Program-made: the position numbers and the translations under genes
Notes under the pieces: generated by a model
What the model was told of the DNA's origin: nothing
The model's database searches: none
The model's input: the letters and a program-made list of their open reading frames with translations, nothing else
In this document: positions 1-7,430 of the stretch, piece by piece
How the letters are laid out: every line of letters begins with the position of its first letter
How positions within the stretch are numbered: position 1 is the stretch's first letter
Source of the DNA: a virus
Virus record (IMG/VR): IMGVR_UViG_3300045988_076668
Coordinates: 1-43,209 of that record
Strand: one strand, 5' to 3'
Length of the DNA: 43,209 bases

Positions 1-99
1 AAAATTATCAGTTCGCTCATTTACACACTCCTTCTCATCGTTATCATATTTATGTTTATTAGTTGTTCGCGTTTACGCGAGTTAATCAGCAAAAAAAAT
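1..99. repeat. Terminal direct repeat copy A (99 bp, exact match to 43111-43209): circular-assembly overlap or terminal redundancy
   Basis: Bases 1-99 (aaaattatcagttcgctcat...gttaatcagcaaaaaaaat) recur exactly at 43111-43209, so the window closes on itself. Confidence 0.95.
67..80. promoter_or_regulatory. 14-bp palindrome TCGCG-TTTA-CGCGA; candidate operator between the cro-like gene and the antirepressor gene
   Basis: Same arms and spacing as the site at 311-324. Lies in the 61-bp gap between the cro-like stop (82) and the antirepressor ATG (position 20 = 43130). Confidence 0.45.
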
Positions 100-294
100 A
101 TCTGTTCGCTCAGTTTCATTAAGATCTAAAATTTCTGAAAGCTTAGAAGCTTGATCTAACGTGAAGGTTGCACCGCCTCTACTTAATTTCCGGTAATACG
201 TAGATTGGTTAATACCAAGTTCCTTGGCTATTTCTGCGCCAGTTTTCTCCTTTTCTACTATTTTTCCTTTCAGGCGATTAATATTTACAGACAA
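82..294 (-). CDS. Cro-like XRE-family HTH regulator (70 aa)
   Basis: Track ORF. TTG start 8 nt after AAGGAG. HTH signature TGAEIAKELGINQSTYYRKL. Divergent from the CI-like gene across a 164-bp switch region. Confidence 0.8.
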   Translation of the reverse strand: MSVNINRLKGKIVEKEKTGAEIAKELGINQSTYYRKLSRGGATFTLDQASKLSEILDLNETERTDIFFAD

Positions 295-310
295 AATAGC
301 TTCTCCTTTC

Positions 311-324
311 TCGCGGCTTCGCGA
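311..324. promoter_or_regulatory. 14-bp palindrome TCGCG-GCTT-CGCGA; candidate operator in the switch region
   Basis: Perfect 5-bp inverted arms with a 4-bp spacer. Sits between the -10 of the cro-side promoter (337-342) and the cro SD. A related half-degenerate copy TCGCG-TATC-CGGTA lies at 344-357 inside that promoter's spacer. Confidence 0.55.
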
Positions 325-336
325 TTTTATACTTAT

Positions 337-365
337 ATAATATTCGCGTATCCGGTAAATGTCAA
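337..365 (-). promoter_or_regulatory. Early (cro-side) sigma-70-type promoter TTGACA-17 nt-TATTAT
   Basis: The minus strand reads TTGACA (365-360), a 17-nt spacer, then TATTAT (342-337). It lies about 40 nt upstream of the cro-like start. Confidence 0.6.
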
Positions 366-373
366 TATATTTT

Positions 374-387
374 TTGCGCTTATGCGA
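374..387. promoter_or_regulatory. Degenerate operator-like site TTGCG-CTTA-TGCGA
   Basis: One mismatch per arm relative to TCGCG-N4-CGCGA. Lies upstream of the candidate repressor promoter. Confidence 0.3.
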
Positions 388-401
388 TATTTTTTTATTC
401 C

Positions 402-430
402 TTGTATTGCATTTTTGCTATGATTATGAT
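402..430 (+). promoter_or_regulatory. Candidate repressor-maintenance promoter TTGTAT-17 nt-TATGAT
   Basis: Read on the plus strand. Several overlapping alternatives exist in this AT-rich stretch (for example TTGCAT-17-TTTAAT at 407-435). Confidence 0.35.
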
Positions 431-458
431 TTAATACAAATGATGAGAGGTGATTAAA

Positions 459-830
459 ATGCGTGTTGGCGAACGCATCAAATCAAGGAGAAAAGAAATT
501 GGATTATCTGCTGAAGAGGTTGCAAAAGAACTTGGCGTTTCTCCAGCAACTGTGTATCGGTATGAATCTAATGATATTATGAACATGAGAATTGATAAGC
601 TGGAACCGATTGCAAAGGCTTTGCGTACAACTCCTGCCTATCTCATGGGTTGGGAAGATGACAAAAAAGAAAATCCTCCGGCCGAAAGCCAGAGGATTCT
701 TGAAAGTGTCAATTCATCTGAAAATATAGACTTGCTTCTTCACATAATAAAGAATGAAGCATCTCTCAGCAGGGAACAACTTTTGAAGCTGCAAGGTTTT
801 GTGTCAGCGCTGGAAGCGGAAGATAAATAA
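459..830 (+). CDS. CI-like XRE-family HTH repressor (123 aa)
   Basis: Track ORF 450..830. ATG 459 is preferred because GAGAGG lies 8 nt upstream. HTH LSAEEVAKELGVSPATVYRYE. Position and divergent orientation are typical of a lysogeny repressor. Confidence 0.85.
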   Translation: MRVGERIKSRRKEIGLSAEEVAKELGVSPATVYRYESNDIMNMRIDKLEPIAKALRTTPAYLMGWEDDKKENPPAESQRILESVNSSENIDLLLHIIKNEASLSREQLLKLQGFVSALEAEDK

Positions 831-870
831 AAGCATTTAACAAGCTGTAAAAAGTCTTTTTCTCTTTATC

Positions 871-1116
871 TTACAGTTTAGACCCTAATATATCTTCTAA
901 ATAGTTTTTTGCGGCTTCAATCGTTCTCTCGCCAAGGTATGCTGGCTCATCTATCATAATATCATTAATTTCAATCGTATATTTAGTTGGTGTTGTAGAC
1001 CTATTAGGGATGTTAATAGCAAAAGAAAAATTCTCTGATGGAATAATCGCTCCGTTTAACATTAAGAGTGCAGATTCCCCGTCCGAGGCAATTAAAACTT
1101 TATTATATCTATCCAT
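871..1116 (-). CDS. Hypothetical protein (81 aa), minus-strand gene inside the lysogeny module
   Basis: Track ORF. ATG 1116 follows GGAGGG. No recognisable motif. Confidence 0.6.
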   Translation of the reverse strand: MDRYNKVLIASDGESALLMLNGAIIPSENFSFAINIPNRSTTPTKYTIEINDIMIDEPAYLGERTIEAAKNYLEDILGSKL

Positions 1117-1148
1117 ACAATCCCTCCAGGATAGACAAAGCCATTATT

Positions 1149-1289
1149 TTAACGAACAAAAAAACCTAATTGCTTTGCTTCTTCTATTACGATTTCTTGT
1201 TTATCTTTAGATAGCTTCATTATACTATTTATCAGTGTATTGCGCAAATCGGAATCAGGAACACATTGTTTCGCACTTTCCATGCACAT
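1149..1289 (-). CDS. Small hypothetical protein (46 aa), upstream partner of 871..1116
   Basis: Not in track (<60 aa). ATG 1289 lies 8 nt after GGAGGG. Translation MCMESAKQCVPDSDLRNTLINSIMKLSKDKQEIVIEEAKQLGFFVR, stop at 1149-1151. Confidence 0.4.
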   Translation of the reverse strand: MCMESAKQCVPDSDLRNTLINSIMKLSKDKQEIVIEEAKQLGFFVR

Positions 1290-1544
1290 AACAAAACCCT
1301 CCATAAAGTAAGCGATAACAGTATCGTGTTATTTTAATCTACAATACCCGTTAGGATCTTCACCGCTGGATTTGTCATATTTTACCATAATATAACAGAA
1401 AAAACAACACAGGAAATGTCGAACGGCATAAAATTTTGCATCCTGCGTTTATTATAGCATATATTTCCCAATTGTGTCTATGGGGAATAAACGAGGAGTT
1501 TTTGTTCCTGTGTCCAGATATTCATGATACAAGGAGGTCTTATT

Positions 1545-2132
1545 ATGAAAAAGAGAGTTCTTGCGCTTGCCCTTTCCCTTGTGGTGGTTGTTTCGGTTTC
1601 GGCGTGTGATTCTTCGGAATCGTCTGCAAACGAACAAGGAGAGAATATTAGTTCAACCGATGTCGTGTCTAAATTCACCTTGCCGGTGGAAGAAGTAACG
1701 ACACTTGGATTCAAATTCCTTGCTCCAAGTACATTGGAAACAAAAAAGTATGAAAATGGAGCTATTAATTATTTTTATTCTCCTGGAGAATATGAAACAA
1801 TTACTATCGGAGTGTGCGAAAACAACTACGATGTCAAAAATGAAAAAGAATTTGTAAAGCACGTCAATGATTTAGGAAAAGATGACGGTTCTGGGTTTAT
1901 TCCTCAAAATTTCAAAGTGATAACAACAGAAAAAAGAAAGAATTCAAACGGATTAACATTCTACTATTACGAAACATCACAGACAATAGGAGATGGGGAA
2001 TTTTTGCAATGCGGCGGAACATTCCCAAACGGCGACACGTCTACATGCATTTTTATCGGTGGTGATAAAGATAAAATAGGGTATCTTATGAGTGACTATT
2101 TTGCAATGTTGGATTCTGTTGAGAAAGCATAA
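1545..2132 (+). CDS. Secreted lipoprotein (195 aa); candidate superinfection-exclusion or lysogenic-conversion factor
   Basis: Track ORF 1524..2132. ATG 1545 lies 7 nt after AAGGAGG. Signal peptide plus lipobox MKKRVLALALSLVVVVSVSA|C. Confidence 0.8.
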   Translation: MKKRVLALALSLVVVVSVSACDSSESSANEQGENISSTDVVSKFTLPVEEVTTLGFKFLAPSTLETKKYENGAINYFYSPGEYETITIGVCENNYDVKNEKEFVKHVNDLGKDDGSGFIPQNFKVITTEKRKNSNGLTFYYYETSQTIGDGEFLQCGGTFPNGDTSTCIFIGGDKDKIGYLMSDYFAMLDSVEKA

Positions 2133-2168
2133 ACAGTAATTTTGAGCGAGAAGGTAACTAATTAGAAT

Positions 2169-2194
2169 CCCCCTGGTGCGGTAACACCAGGGGG
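2169..2194 (+). terminator. GC-rich hairpin downstream of the lipoprotein gene (no U tract)
   Basis: CCCCCTGGTG-cggtaa-CACCAGGGGG, a 10-bp perfect stem. A second hairpin GGGTGATATG...CACATCACCC follows at 2207-2234. Confidence 0.35.
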
Positions 2195-2268
2195 ACCTTC
2201 TAAATAGGGTGATATGAGATGCTCCACATCACCCTCCAATCATATCAGAATGGAGGAAGAAAAGCAAC

Positions 2269-3360
2269 ATGAAAAAGAAAATGCCAACCGCGACAAAGCT
2301 TCCAAGCGGCTCCTGGCGCTGCCTGGTGACCGTAAATGGCAAAAGGGTATCTATTACCGCTGACACACCAAGTGAGGCTCAGGCGAAAGCTATCGCCCTG
2401 AGAGCGGGCCTTATAGATAAGAAGAAGGAAAAGAGAGGGGTGAAAACACTTTCAGAGGCAATCGATGAATATATAGATCAGAAATTTAACGTATTGTCTC
2501 CAGCTACCGTTCGAGGGTACAACACAATCAAGAGGAACAGGTTCAAGACGATTATAAGCAGAAATATTTTTGATCTAAGCAAAGACGACGTTCAAAGAGC
2601 AATAAACGATGAAGTTAAGGTCGCTTCGGCTAAAACAATCAAAAACGCCTATGGGCTTGTTCGGACTGTCTTAGAGGCAAATGAAATTTATATCCGAGGA
2701 ATTAAGCTCCCCCAAATCATAAAACCAAATAAAAAATATATTCAAGAGGAAGAAATATCAAAGTTATTAGAAGCGATCAAGGGTGACCAATGTGAAGCTG
2801 CCATTCTTCTCGCGTTGTGTACTGGTATGCGTAGATCCGAAATCATTGGACTGTGCTCAGACTGTATAAATGTAGAAGCTTGCACGGTAACTGTCCGGCG
2901 AAAGATGGTCCCAAATGATAAAAACAAAATGGTTTTAGTCGGTGGCGCCAAAAATGAAATGTCACAGAGAACTGTAATCTGTCCAAAGTTTGTTATGGAT
3001 AAAATAGAACCATTGATTAAAGAAAATAAGACAACACCGATATTTAAGTTTCATCCTGATACGCTGCGAAAACATATTCATAAAGCCTGTGAAATCGCCG
3101 GGATAACAGATACGGCAACCCATGGGCTTAGGCATACAAACGCCGCATTGATGAAATATCTCGGCGTAGACGATGCCCATGCAATGCAGCGCGGCGGGTG
3201 GTCGAGCGAAGCAACTTATAAAAAAACCTACTCTTATGTATTCGAATCTGCGGCCAAAACAGGGGATGAAAGCATAAACAACTACTTTGACAGTCTTACA
3301 AACAGAGAAAAAATCGCACACGAAACTGCACACGAAATTCTAAAACACATTGATAAATAA
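2269..3360 (+). CDS. int: Tyrosine site-specific integrase (363 aa)
   Basis: Track ORF. Catalytic-region motifs TGMRRSE, HGLRHTNAALM and a C-terminal Tyr region (TYKKTYSYV). Adjacent to attP. Confidence 0.9.
   Translation: MKKKMPTATKLPSGSWRCLVTVNGKRVSITADTPSEAQAKAIALRAGLIDKKKEKRGVKTLSEAIDEYIDQKFNVLSPATVRGYNTIKRNRFKTIISRNIFDLSKDDVQRAINDEVKVASAKTIKNAYGLVRTVLEANEIYIRGIKLPQIIKPNKKYIQEEEISKLLEAIKGDQCEAAILLALCTGMRRSEIIGLCSDCINVEACTVTVRRKMVPNDKNKMVLVGGAKNEMSQRTVICPKFVMDKIEPLIKENKTTPIFKFHPDTLRKHIHKACEIAGITDTATHGLRHTNAALMKYLGVDDAHAMQRGGWSSEATYKKTYSYVFESAAKTGDESINNYFDSLTNREKIAHETAHEILKHIDK
3316..3337 (+). repeat. Two direct GCACACGAAA copies (candidate integrase arm-type sites, left arm)
   Basis: GCACACGAAA at 3316-3325 and 3328-3337, inside the 3' end of int, about 50 bp left of the attP core. 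Confidence 0.5.
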
Positions 3361-3384
3361 GGAAAAATTAAATTTTTTCGGGAT

Positions 3385-3409
3385 GGTTCAAATCCCTCCT
3401 TCTCCGCCA
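3385..3409 (+). other. attP core: 25-nt 3' fragment of a tRNA-Ser-like gene
   Basis: GGTTCAAATCCCTCCTTCTCCGCCA reads as T-loop, 3' T-stem, 3' acceptor strand CTTCTCC, discriminator G and CCA. The sequence 5' of it cannot complete a cloverleaf, so it is a fragment and not a gene. Confidence 0.7.
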
Positions 3410-3417
3410 AAAGAAAA

Positions 3418-3447
3418 GCCTTGATCTTCAATGGATCAAGGCTTTTT
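3418..3447. terminator. Bidirectional rho-independent terminator
   Basis: GCCTTGATC-ttcaatg-GATCAAGGC (9-bp perfect stem) flanked by an A-rich run (AAAGAAAA) on the left and TTTTT on the right. It can stop int (+) and the cargo operon (-). Confidence 0.7.
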
Positions 3448-3536
3448 CCTTTGTGTATCAAAGGTTTTTGCAAATCGAAATGAATTTAATGTGGTTCATT
3501 TTGGAGACACAAAAAAGCAATCAAACCCGAAAAAAT

Positions 3537-3557
3537 GCACACGAAATGCACACGAAA
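3537..3557 (+). repeat. Two direct GCACACGAAA copies (candidate arm-type sites, right arm)
   Basis: GCACACGAAA at 3537-3546 and 3548-3557, with an inverted partial copy CGTGTG at 3564-3569. Confidence 0.5.
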
Positions 3558-3576
3558 AAATACCGTGTGTCCATTT

Positions 3577-4314
3577 TTAATGTTTCACGACATACTCATA
3601 ATAGGAAGCCAGCTTGTCTTTTACTGCATCCTGGTCGTCAAGCCAAAAAGCTTTTGCAAAACTAATATATGCATCAATATTGTTTATTCCCAGCTTCTTA
3701 AAGACTTCGGACAAATCACTATAAGTTGCATTCATGGCAACCTGAAATTTAATGGGGTCCTCTCTTATTCCGTGCTTTTCCATGATGCTACGGATTTGTT
3801 CCATATTCCAGTGAGGCCCACGTGTCCCGTCACTGTTTTCCATTTTCCTCATCCACTCATGAGCAATGGATTCATTGAGTTCTGGAACAAACATTGAACG
3901 AGCACCGCCTACCAGATTGTTTTCTCCGTGCATTCTGTCTCCCTCTCTCTTACTCGGGAAATTTACAACTGAACCACCGTGCATGTTTGTTTCGTAGTTA
4001 CGTTCAAATCCAATAGGACGGGTGTACGATCTATCGTCAGAATAATTCATGCCCATATAGTTATTCTGAGGTTCGTATCTCATGTCAGACCAGTCGCGCA
4101 TTCTCTCAGAGTAATAAGGCGGGAGCCAATGACTGTTTACATCATAATCTCCCATTCTGCTTTGTGGTGCATAGCGGCCGTTGTCATAATGTTCACGCCC
4201 TCTACGATCTCGGAACTTATCTTCGGGACCATATTCCATTCGATATCCCCTATTATATTCCTGATCTCGTTTATTCCCTCCGGCCATCATGAGCATTTTA
4301 GTCGAACGTTTCAT
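3577..4314 (-). CDS. Cargo protein (245 aa): R/D/Y/N-rich low-complexity N-half, globular C-terminal domain; unknown function
   Basis: Track ORF 3577..4362. ATG 4314 lies 8 nt after AAGGAGG. Sequence includes ...RDRRGREHYDNGRYAPQSRMGDYD... and ...GPHWNMEQIRSIMEKHGIREDP...YYEYVVKH. Confidence 0.7.
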   Translation of the reverse strand: MKRSTKMLMMAGGNKRDQEYNRGYRMEYGPEDKFRDRRGREHYDNGRYAPQSRMGDYDVNSHWLPPYYSERMRDWSDMRYEPQNNYMGMNYSDDRSYTRPIGFERNYETNMHGGSVVNFPSKREGDRMHGENNLVGGARSMFVPELNESIAHEWMRKMENSDGTRGPHWNMEQIRSIMEKHGIREDPIKFQVAMNATYSDLSEVFKKLGINNIDAYISFAKAFWLDDQDAVKDKLASYYEYVVKH

Positions 4315-4327
4315 TCGTTTTACCTCC

Positions 4328-4723
4328 TTAAGCAGTGGGTGCGGGCGCTGCCCCGCCATCAATAATCAATAAATTGTTATCAGGAGAACAACAAGGATTT
4401 CCTATCATACGAAACGAACCGCCGGTCGGCGTGGTAGAAACACAGACAGAATAACGTGTACGGGTTCTAATGCCCGCCGCAGTTACTTGAGAACAGTTGC
4501 GCTTAGTCAGTGGATATAATTCGGTCCCAGAACCAATGGTAATATAGACAGGAGCATTAATAGTTGTTGCCGTAGGTATCGTTTGCGCGACAACAATGCA
4601 ATACTTCTCCCTGTTTTTATAACTACCAGCCGGGAGGTTGATTTCAAGATTGCCGCCAGTGAATGCGACAGCCTGGGAAATTACTAAGTTATCGCAAAGC
4701 TTACATACAGGTTTGCAAGACAT
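4328..4723 (-). CDS. Cargo protein (131 aa), Cys-rich termini; unknown function
   Basis: Track ORF. GGAGG 7 nt upstream. Starts MSCKPVCKLCDN and ends near NPCCSPDN. Confidence 0.7.
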   Translation of the reverse strand: MSCKPVCKLCDNLVISQAVAFTGGNLEINLPAGSYKNREKYCIVVAQTIPTATTINAPVYITIGSGTELYPLTKRNCSQVTAAGIRTRTRYSVCVSTTPTGGSFRMIGNPCCSPDNNLLIIDGGAAPAPTA

Positions 4724-4735
4724 AATTTTACCTCC

Positions 4736-4772
4736 AAAAAAATCAAGGGCGGCAGACTATTGCCCGCCGCCC
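4736..4772 (-). terminator. Rho-independent terminator after the 247-aa cargo gene
   Basis: The minus strand reads GGGCGGC...GCCGCCC followed by TTGATTTTTTT. The SD of the next gene follows directly. Confidence 0.65.
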
Positions 4773-4822
4773 GAAGTAATCACGGCAAAGCCGGAATATA
4801 AAAGTGATTTCTTCTAATCAGT

Positions 4823-5566
4823 TTAGCACCCACAGCCACAACCGTTTCCGGTCCCGCAGAAGGGATAAGGCGCAGGAACCTGATATGCCGGGACCGGCAT
4901 CGGATTGATACGACGGATCAGTTCAGAAGTCTGTGCATCCAATGTGGCCGTCAAATAGCTGTTCTGGCTGGCCTGGGATGCTGCTAACTTAAGAGCCTGA
5001 TTCTCAGACTGGAGAGAATCAATCTTAGACTGAACCATGAAATCCATCAGACCGCGATAGTTTGCGTTCTGGTTGTCAATGATATCGCGGGTGCTATTCT
5101 GAATGGTATTTCTGGTATCGCATGCCTGAGTGGCCATGTCATAGCGAACACCCTGAATCGCATTCTGTGTCTGGCAGCAACAATCCTGGAGGTTATAGCC
5201 CAGCTGGCACATAGACTTGTCTACGCCACTGAAACCCTGAAGCATTGCAACATTGGTATTGTTGAATCCACCGGTAATTGCATTGTTCAGCGCATAGGTT
5301 GAATCACAAATACCCTGCTGGATGTTAGAAATACCACGCTCAACGCCATTAAAAGCAATTGCTTCATTCACATCTGCACGAGTGGCATAACCCTGGAACC
5401 CAGGGCTGTTAGAGCCGCCGCCAAAACCGCCCCAACCATTACCGCCCCAGATCATAGCCAAGATAATAATGGCCCACAGACCATCTCCCCAGCCGCCGAA
5501 GCCACTGTTGTTGCCGTTTCCGCTATCACTGCCAAGAGCGTAACCAGTTGCAAAATCATTATCCAT
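4823..5566 (-). CDS. Cargo protein (247 aa): Gly/Trp-rich N-terminus with one hydrophobic helix, Q/N-rich middle, CGTGNGCGCGC tail; unknown function
   Basis: Track ORF. AAGGAG 7 nt upstream. Contains GLWAIIILAMIWGGNGWGGFGGG and a CCC cluster (LQDCCCQ). Confidence 0.75.
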   Translation of the reverse strand: MDNDFATGYALGSDSGNGNNSGFGGWGDGLWAIIILAMIWGGNGWGGFGGGSNSPGFQGYATRADVNEAIAFNGVERGISNIQQGICDSTYALNNAITGGFNNTNVAMLQGFSGVDKSMCQLGYNLQDCCCQTQNAIQGVRYDMATQACDTRNTIQNSTRDIIDNQNANYRGLMDFMVQSKIDSLQSENQALKLAASQASQNSYLTATLDAQTSELIRRINPMPVPAYQVPAPYPFCGTGNGCGCGC

Positions 5567-5589
5567 TTGTTTTCTCCTTATCAGTTATT

Positions 5590-5601
5590 CACACCGGTGT
5601 G
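5590..5601. promoter_or_regulatory. Perfect 12-bp palindrome CACACCGGTGTG upstream of the 247-aa cargo gene
   Basis: Read directly in the 102-bp gap between the 81-aa and 247-aa genes. Function unknown. Confidence 0.3.
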
Positions 5602-5668
5602 CACCCCGGATGCGTACAAAACACATCCAGTTTTTTTCAAGACCCGGAAACTGATAGGGAGTTTTTAT

Positions 5669-5914
5669 TTATCTATTACTTGGGTTGTTTATACCAAGTT
5701 GTCTGGCAATGTCATTGATAGATACGCCACGTTCTTTGGCCATATTTTCTGCCATTGTTTTTAATTGCTGAGGATTCTTTCCTTGAATCATTTTTAATGC
5801 TTGAGCCACTTGTGGATTTTGCCCCGCCATTTTTTGAAGTAGTTGCATAGGGTCTCCACCGCCCCGCATTGTTTGCACAAGCATCATAAGAGGGTTATTC
5901 ATTGGTGCTATCAT
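5669..5914 (-). CDS. Cargo protein (81 aa), Q/M/N-rich; unknown function
   Basis: Track ORF. GGGGGAAAG SD 7 nt upstream. 20-nt overlap with the upstream gene. Confidence 0.65.
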   Translation of the reverse strand: MIAPMNNPLMMLVQTMRGGGDPMQLLQKMAGQNPQVAQALKMIQGKNPQQLKTMAENMAKERGVSINDIARQLGINNPSNR

Positions 5915-6320
5915 TGTTCTTTCCCCCGCCTTGTTTTAACTGTTCTACTTCTTGTCTAAGCAAGTTTAATTCATCCCTTGTTGCAAATTGATTTGTTTGC
6001 TGGAGGGGCGGATCTTGTTCATATCGGAATGAAAGAAAATCTGAGGAGCCGGTATTCTGATTAAATCTTTTGATGTATACCATTCCATGGCCTAAATCTG
6101 GCATAATGGTGCCAGGGCTAAAATAATCAGTCTGGACAGCGACAGCTTCCTCTCTGCTTGTTACCGGACGACAGGTATATCCATTTTGTTGGGTTTGCAT
6201 TGAAGGTTGCTGTGGCTGTTGTGGTATCTGTGACCCAATATAAGTTTGCGGGGACTGATATTGCATCTGCTGCCCTTGGGGATAAAATTGATAGGGATTG
6301 TATCCATAAACTCCAGCCAT
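5895..6320 (-). CDS. Cargo protein (141 aa), Q/P/Y-rich N-terminus; unknown function
   Basis: Track ORF 5895..6395. ATG 6320 lies 7 nt after GAGGG. Starts MAGVYGYNPYQFYPQGQQMQYQSPQ. Confidence 0.65.
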   Translation of the reverse strand: MAGVYGYNPYQFYPQGQQMQYQSPQTYIGSQIPQQPQQPSMQTQQNGYTCRPVTSREEAVAVQTDYFSPGTIMPDLGHGMVYIKRFNQNTGSSDFLSFRYEQDPPLQQTNQFATRDELNLLRQEVEQLKQGGGKNNDSTNE

Positions 6321-6415
6321 TCTTTTTCCCTCGCTCTTTTTTATTGACATTATCATATCAAAAAATGGATATCCGCCTGTCCAAATGAAATCCAAATTAA
6401 GGACAAATTAAATAC

Positions 6416-6445
6416 AAAAAAACTGCGGGGAATCACTCCCCGCAG
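6416..6445 (-). terminator. Rho-independent terminator after the sigma-region-4-like gene
   Basis: CTGCGGGGA-gtgat-TCCCCGCAG (9 bp) followed by TTTTTTT on the minus strand. The stem overlaps the stop codon at 6433. Confidence 0.75.
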
Positions 6446-6654
6446 TAAAAAGATTGTTCTGTTTTCTCCCGGATGTGCCGAAGGGCATTGTTTATTGTCC
6501 CTCTTGAAACATCCATCTCTGCCGCAATGGATTCAATCTGCCATCCACGACGATAAAATAAATTAAATATGGCTTTTTCTCTATCTGTTAGCCACTCACA
6601 TTTTTCCATAGAGTTTAGTTGCTCTATGCTGTAAATGTAACGAGACAGAGACAA
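6433..6654 (-). CDS. Small sigma-70 region-4 / LuxR-type HTH protein (73 aa)
   Basis: Track ORF. LTDREKAIFNLFYRRGWQIESIAAEMDVSRGTINNALRHIREK resembles sigma region 4.2 / LuxR HTH. No region 2 is present. Confidence 0.6.
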   Translation of the reverse strand: MSLSRYIYSIEQLNSMEKCEWLTDREKAIFNLFYRRGWQIESIAAEMDVSRGTINNALRHIREKTEQSFYCGE

Positions 6655-6665
6655 CCGCCCTCCTT

Positions 6666-7430
6666 TTACAGCAAGCCTAAGCGACCAAGGATAGCAATCA
6701 TCTCATCTCTTTTAGCAGGGCGCTCCGGGCTTGTACCATCCACGATGCCATTTGCCGCAGCCTTTGCCCAATGTCCCTCCTGTTGGGACCAGGCGGGCTC
6801 AGACAGCGTCTTCGCGTGGAGCTCTGCTTTCTGCATGAGCTGGTAGGCTTGTTCGTTGGTCATTTCAGAGATCAACTTTGCAATATCCATGGGTTCATCC
6901 TCTCCTTCCAGCCGCCGGTTGACCTCGGCGGCAATCTCTCCGTGCCGATTGTATAGATAATCCCCCGGGCACGCCTTGGCGGCAAACCACCGGTGAACCG
7001 TCATATTCTGCTTGTCCACCTGGCCGATCAGGGATTTATCCCCTTTCCACAGTAGTTTCTTGATCCCATTTCTCCGGCAGATATCCGTCAATAGGTCCAG
7101 CAATGCGGCGTAGGCTCTGTCTGACACCGGCCAATCCGGCGCCCCGCCGTTGTTGGCTACCTCAATGGTAATGGCCCGGTGATCGTTGGAGGCGCTGGAA
7201 GTACACCAGGACCGGTTGGCCTCCTCCACATACAGGGCAATCCGTCCGTCGCTTCCAATCCCATAATTGCTGCTGGCTTTACGAGACGGGTCAGCAAACA
7301 ATGCCCCGCAAGTCTCTACGCTGGCATTGCCTGCCATGCAGTGAACGGAAACGGTGTCGATTACGTGGTTGCGCCGCCCGGAATGGTTGGGGGATAATTT
7401 GGTGTAGGTCACAAGAGGGCTGTTACTCAT
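6666..7430 (-). CDS. Endolysin, N-acetylmuramoyl-L-alanine amidase (Amidase_2/PGRP type) with C-terminal binding region
   Basis: Track ORF. Contains VSVHCMAG...SSNYGIGSDGRI...NDHAITIEV-like motifs. Lies downstream of the holin and XhlA-like genes. Confidence 0.88.
   Translation of the reverse strand: MSNSPLVTYTKLSPNHSGRRNHVIDTVSVHCMAGNASVETCGALFADPSRKASSNYGIGSDGRIALYVEEANRSWCTSSASNDHRAITIEVANNGGAPDWPVSDRAYAALLDLLTDICRRNGIKKLLWKGDKSLIGQVDKQNMTVHRWFAAKACPGDYLYNRHGEIAAEVNRRLEGEDEPMDIAKLISEMTNEQAYQLMQKAELHAKTLSEPAWSQQEGHWAKAAANGIVDGTSPERPAKRDEMIAILGRLGLL

Noticed and set aside
205-423. 72-aa plus-strand ORF spanning the cro gene and the switch region
   Set aside because: It is antisense to the cro-like gene and runs across the promoter and operator region. 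Its translation is hydrophobic, AT-rich and low-complexity, and it has no SD.
3282-3473. 63-aa minus-strand ORF across attP
   Set aside because: It is a translation of the tRNA fragment and terminator hairpin (its KEGFEPS segment is the translated T-arm), and it has no SD.
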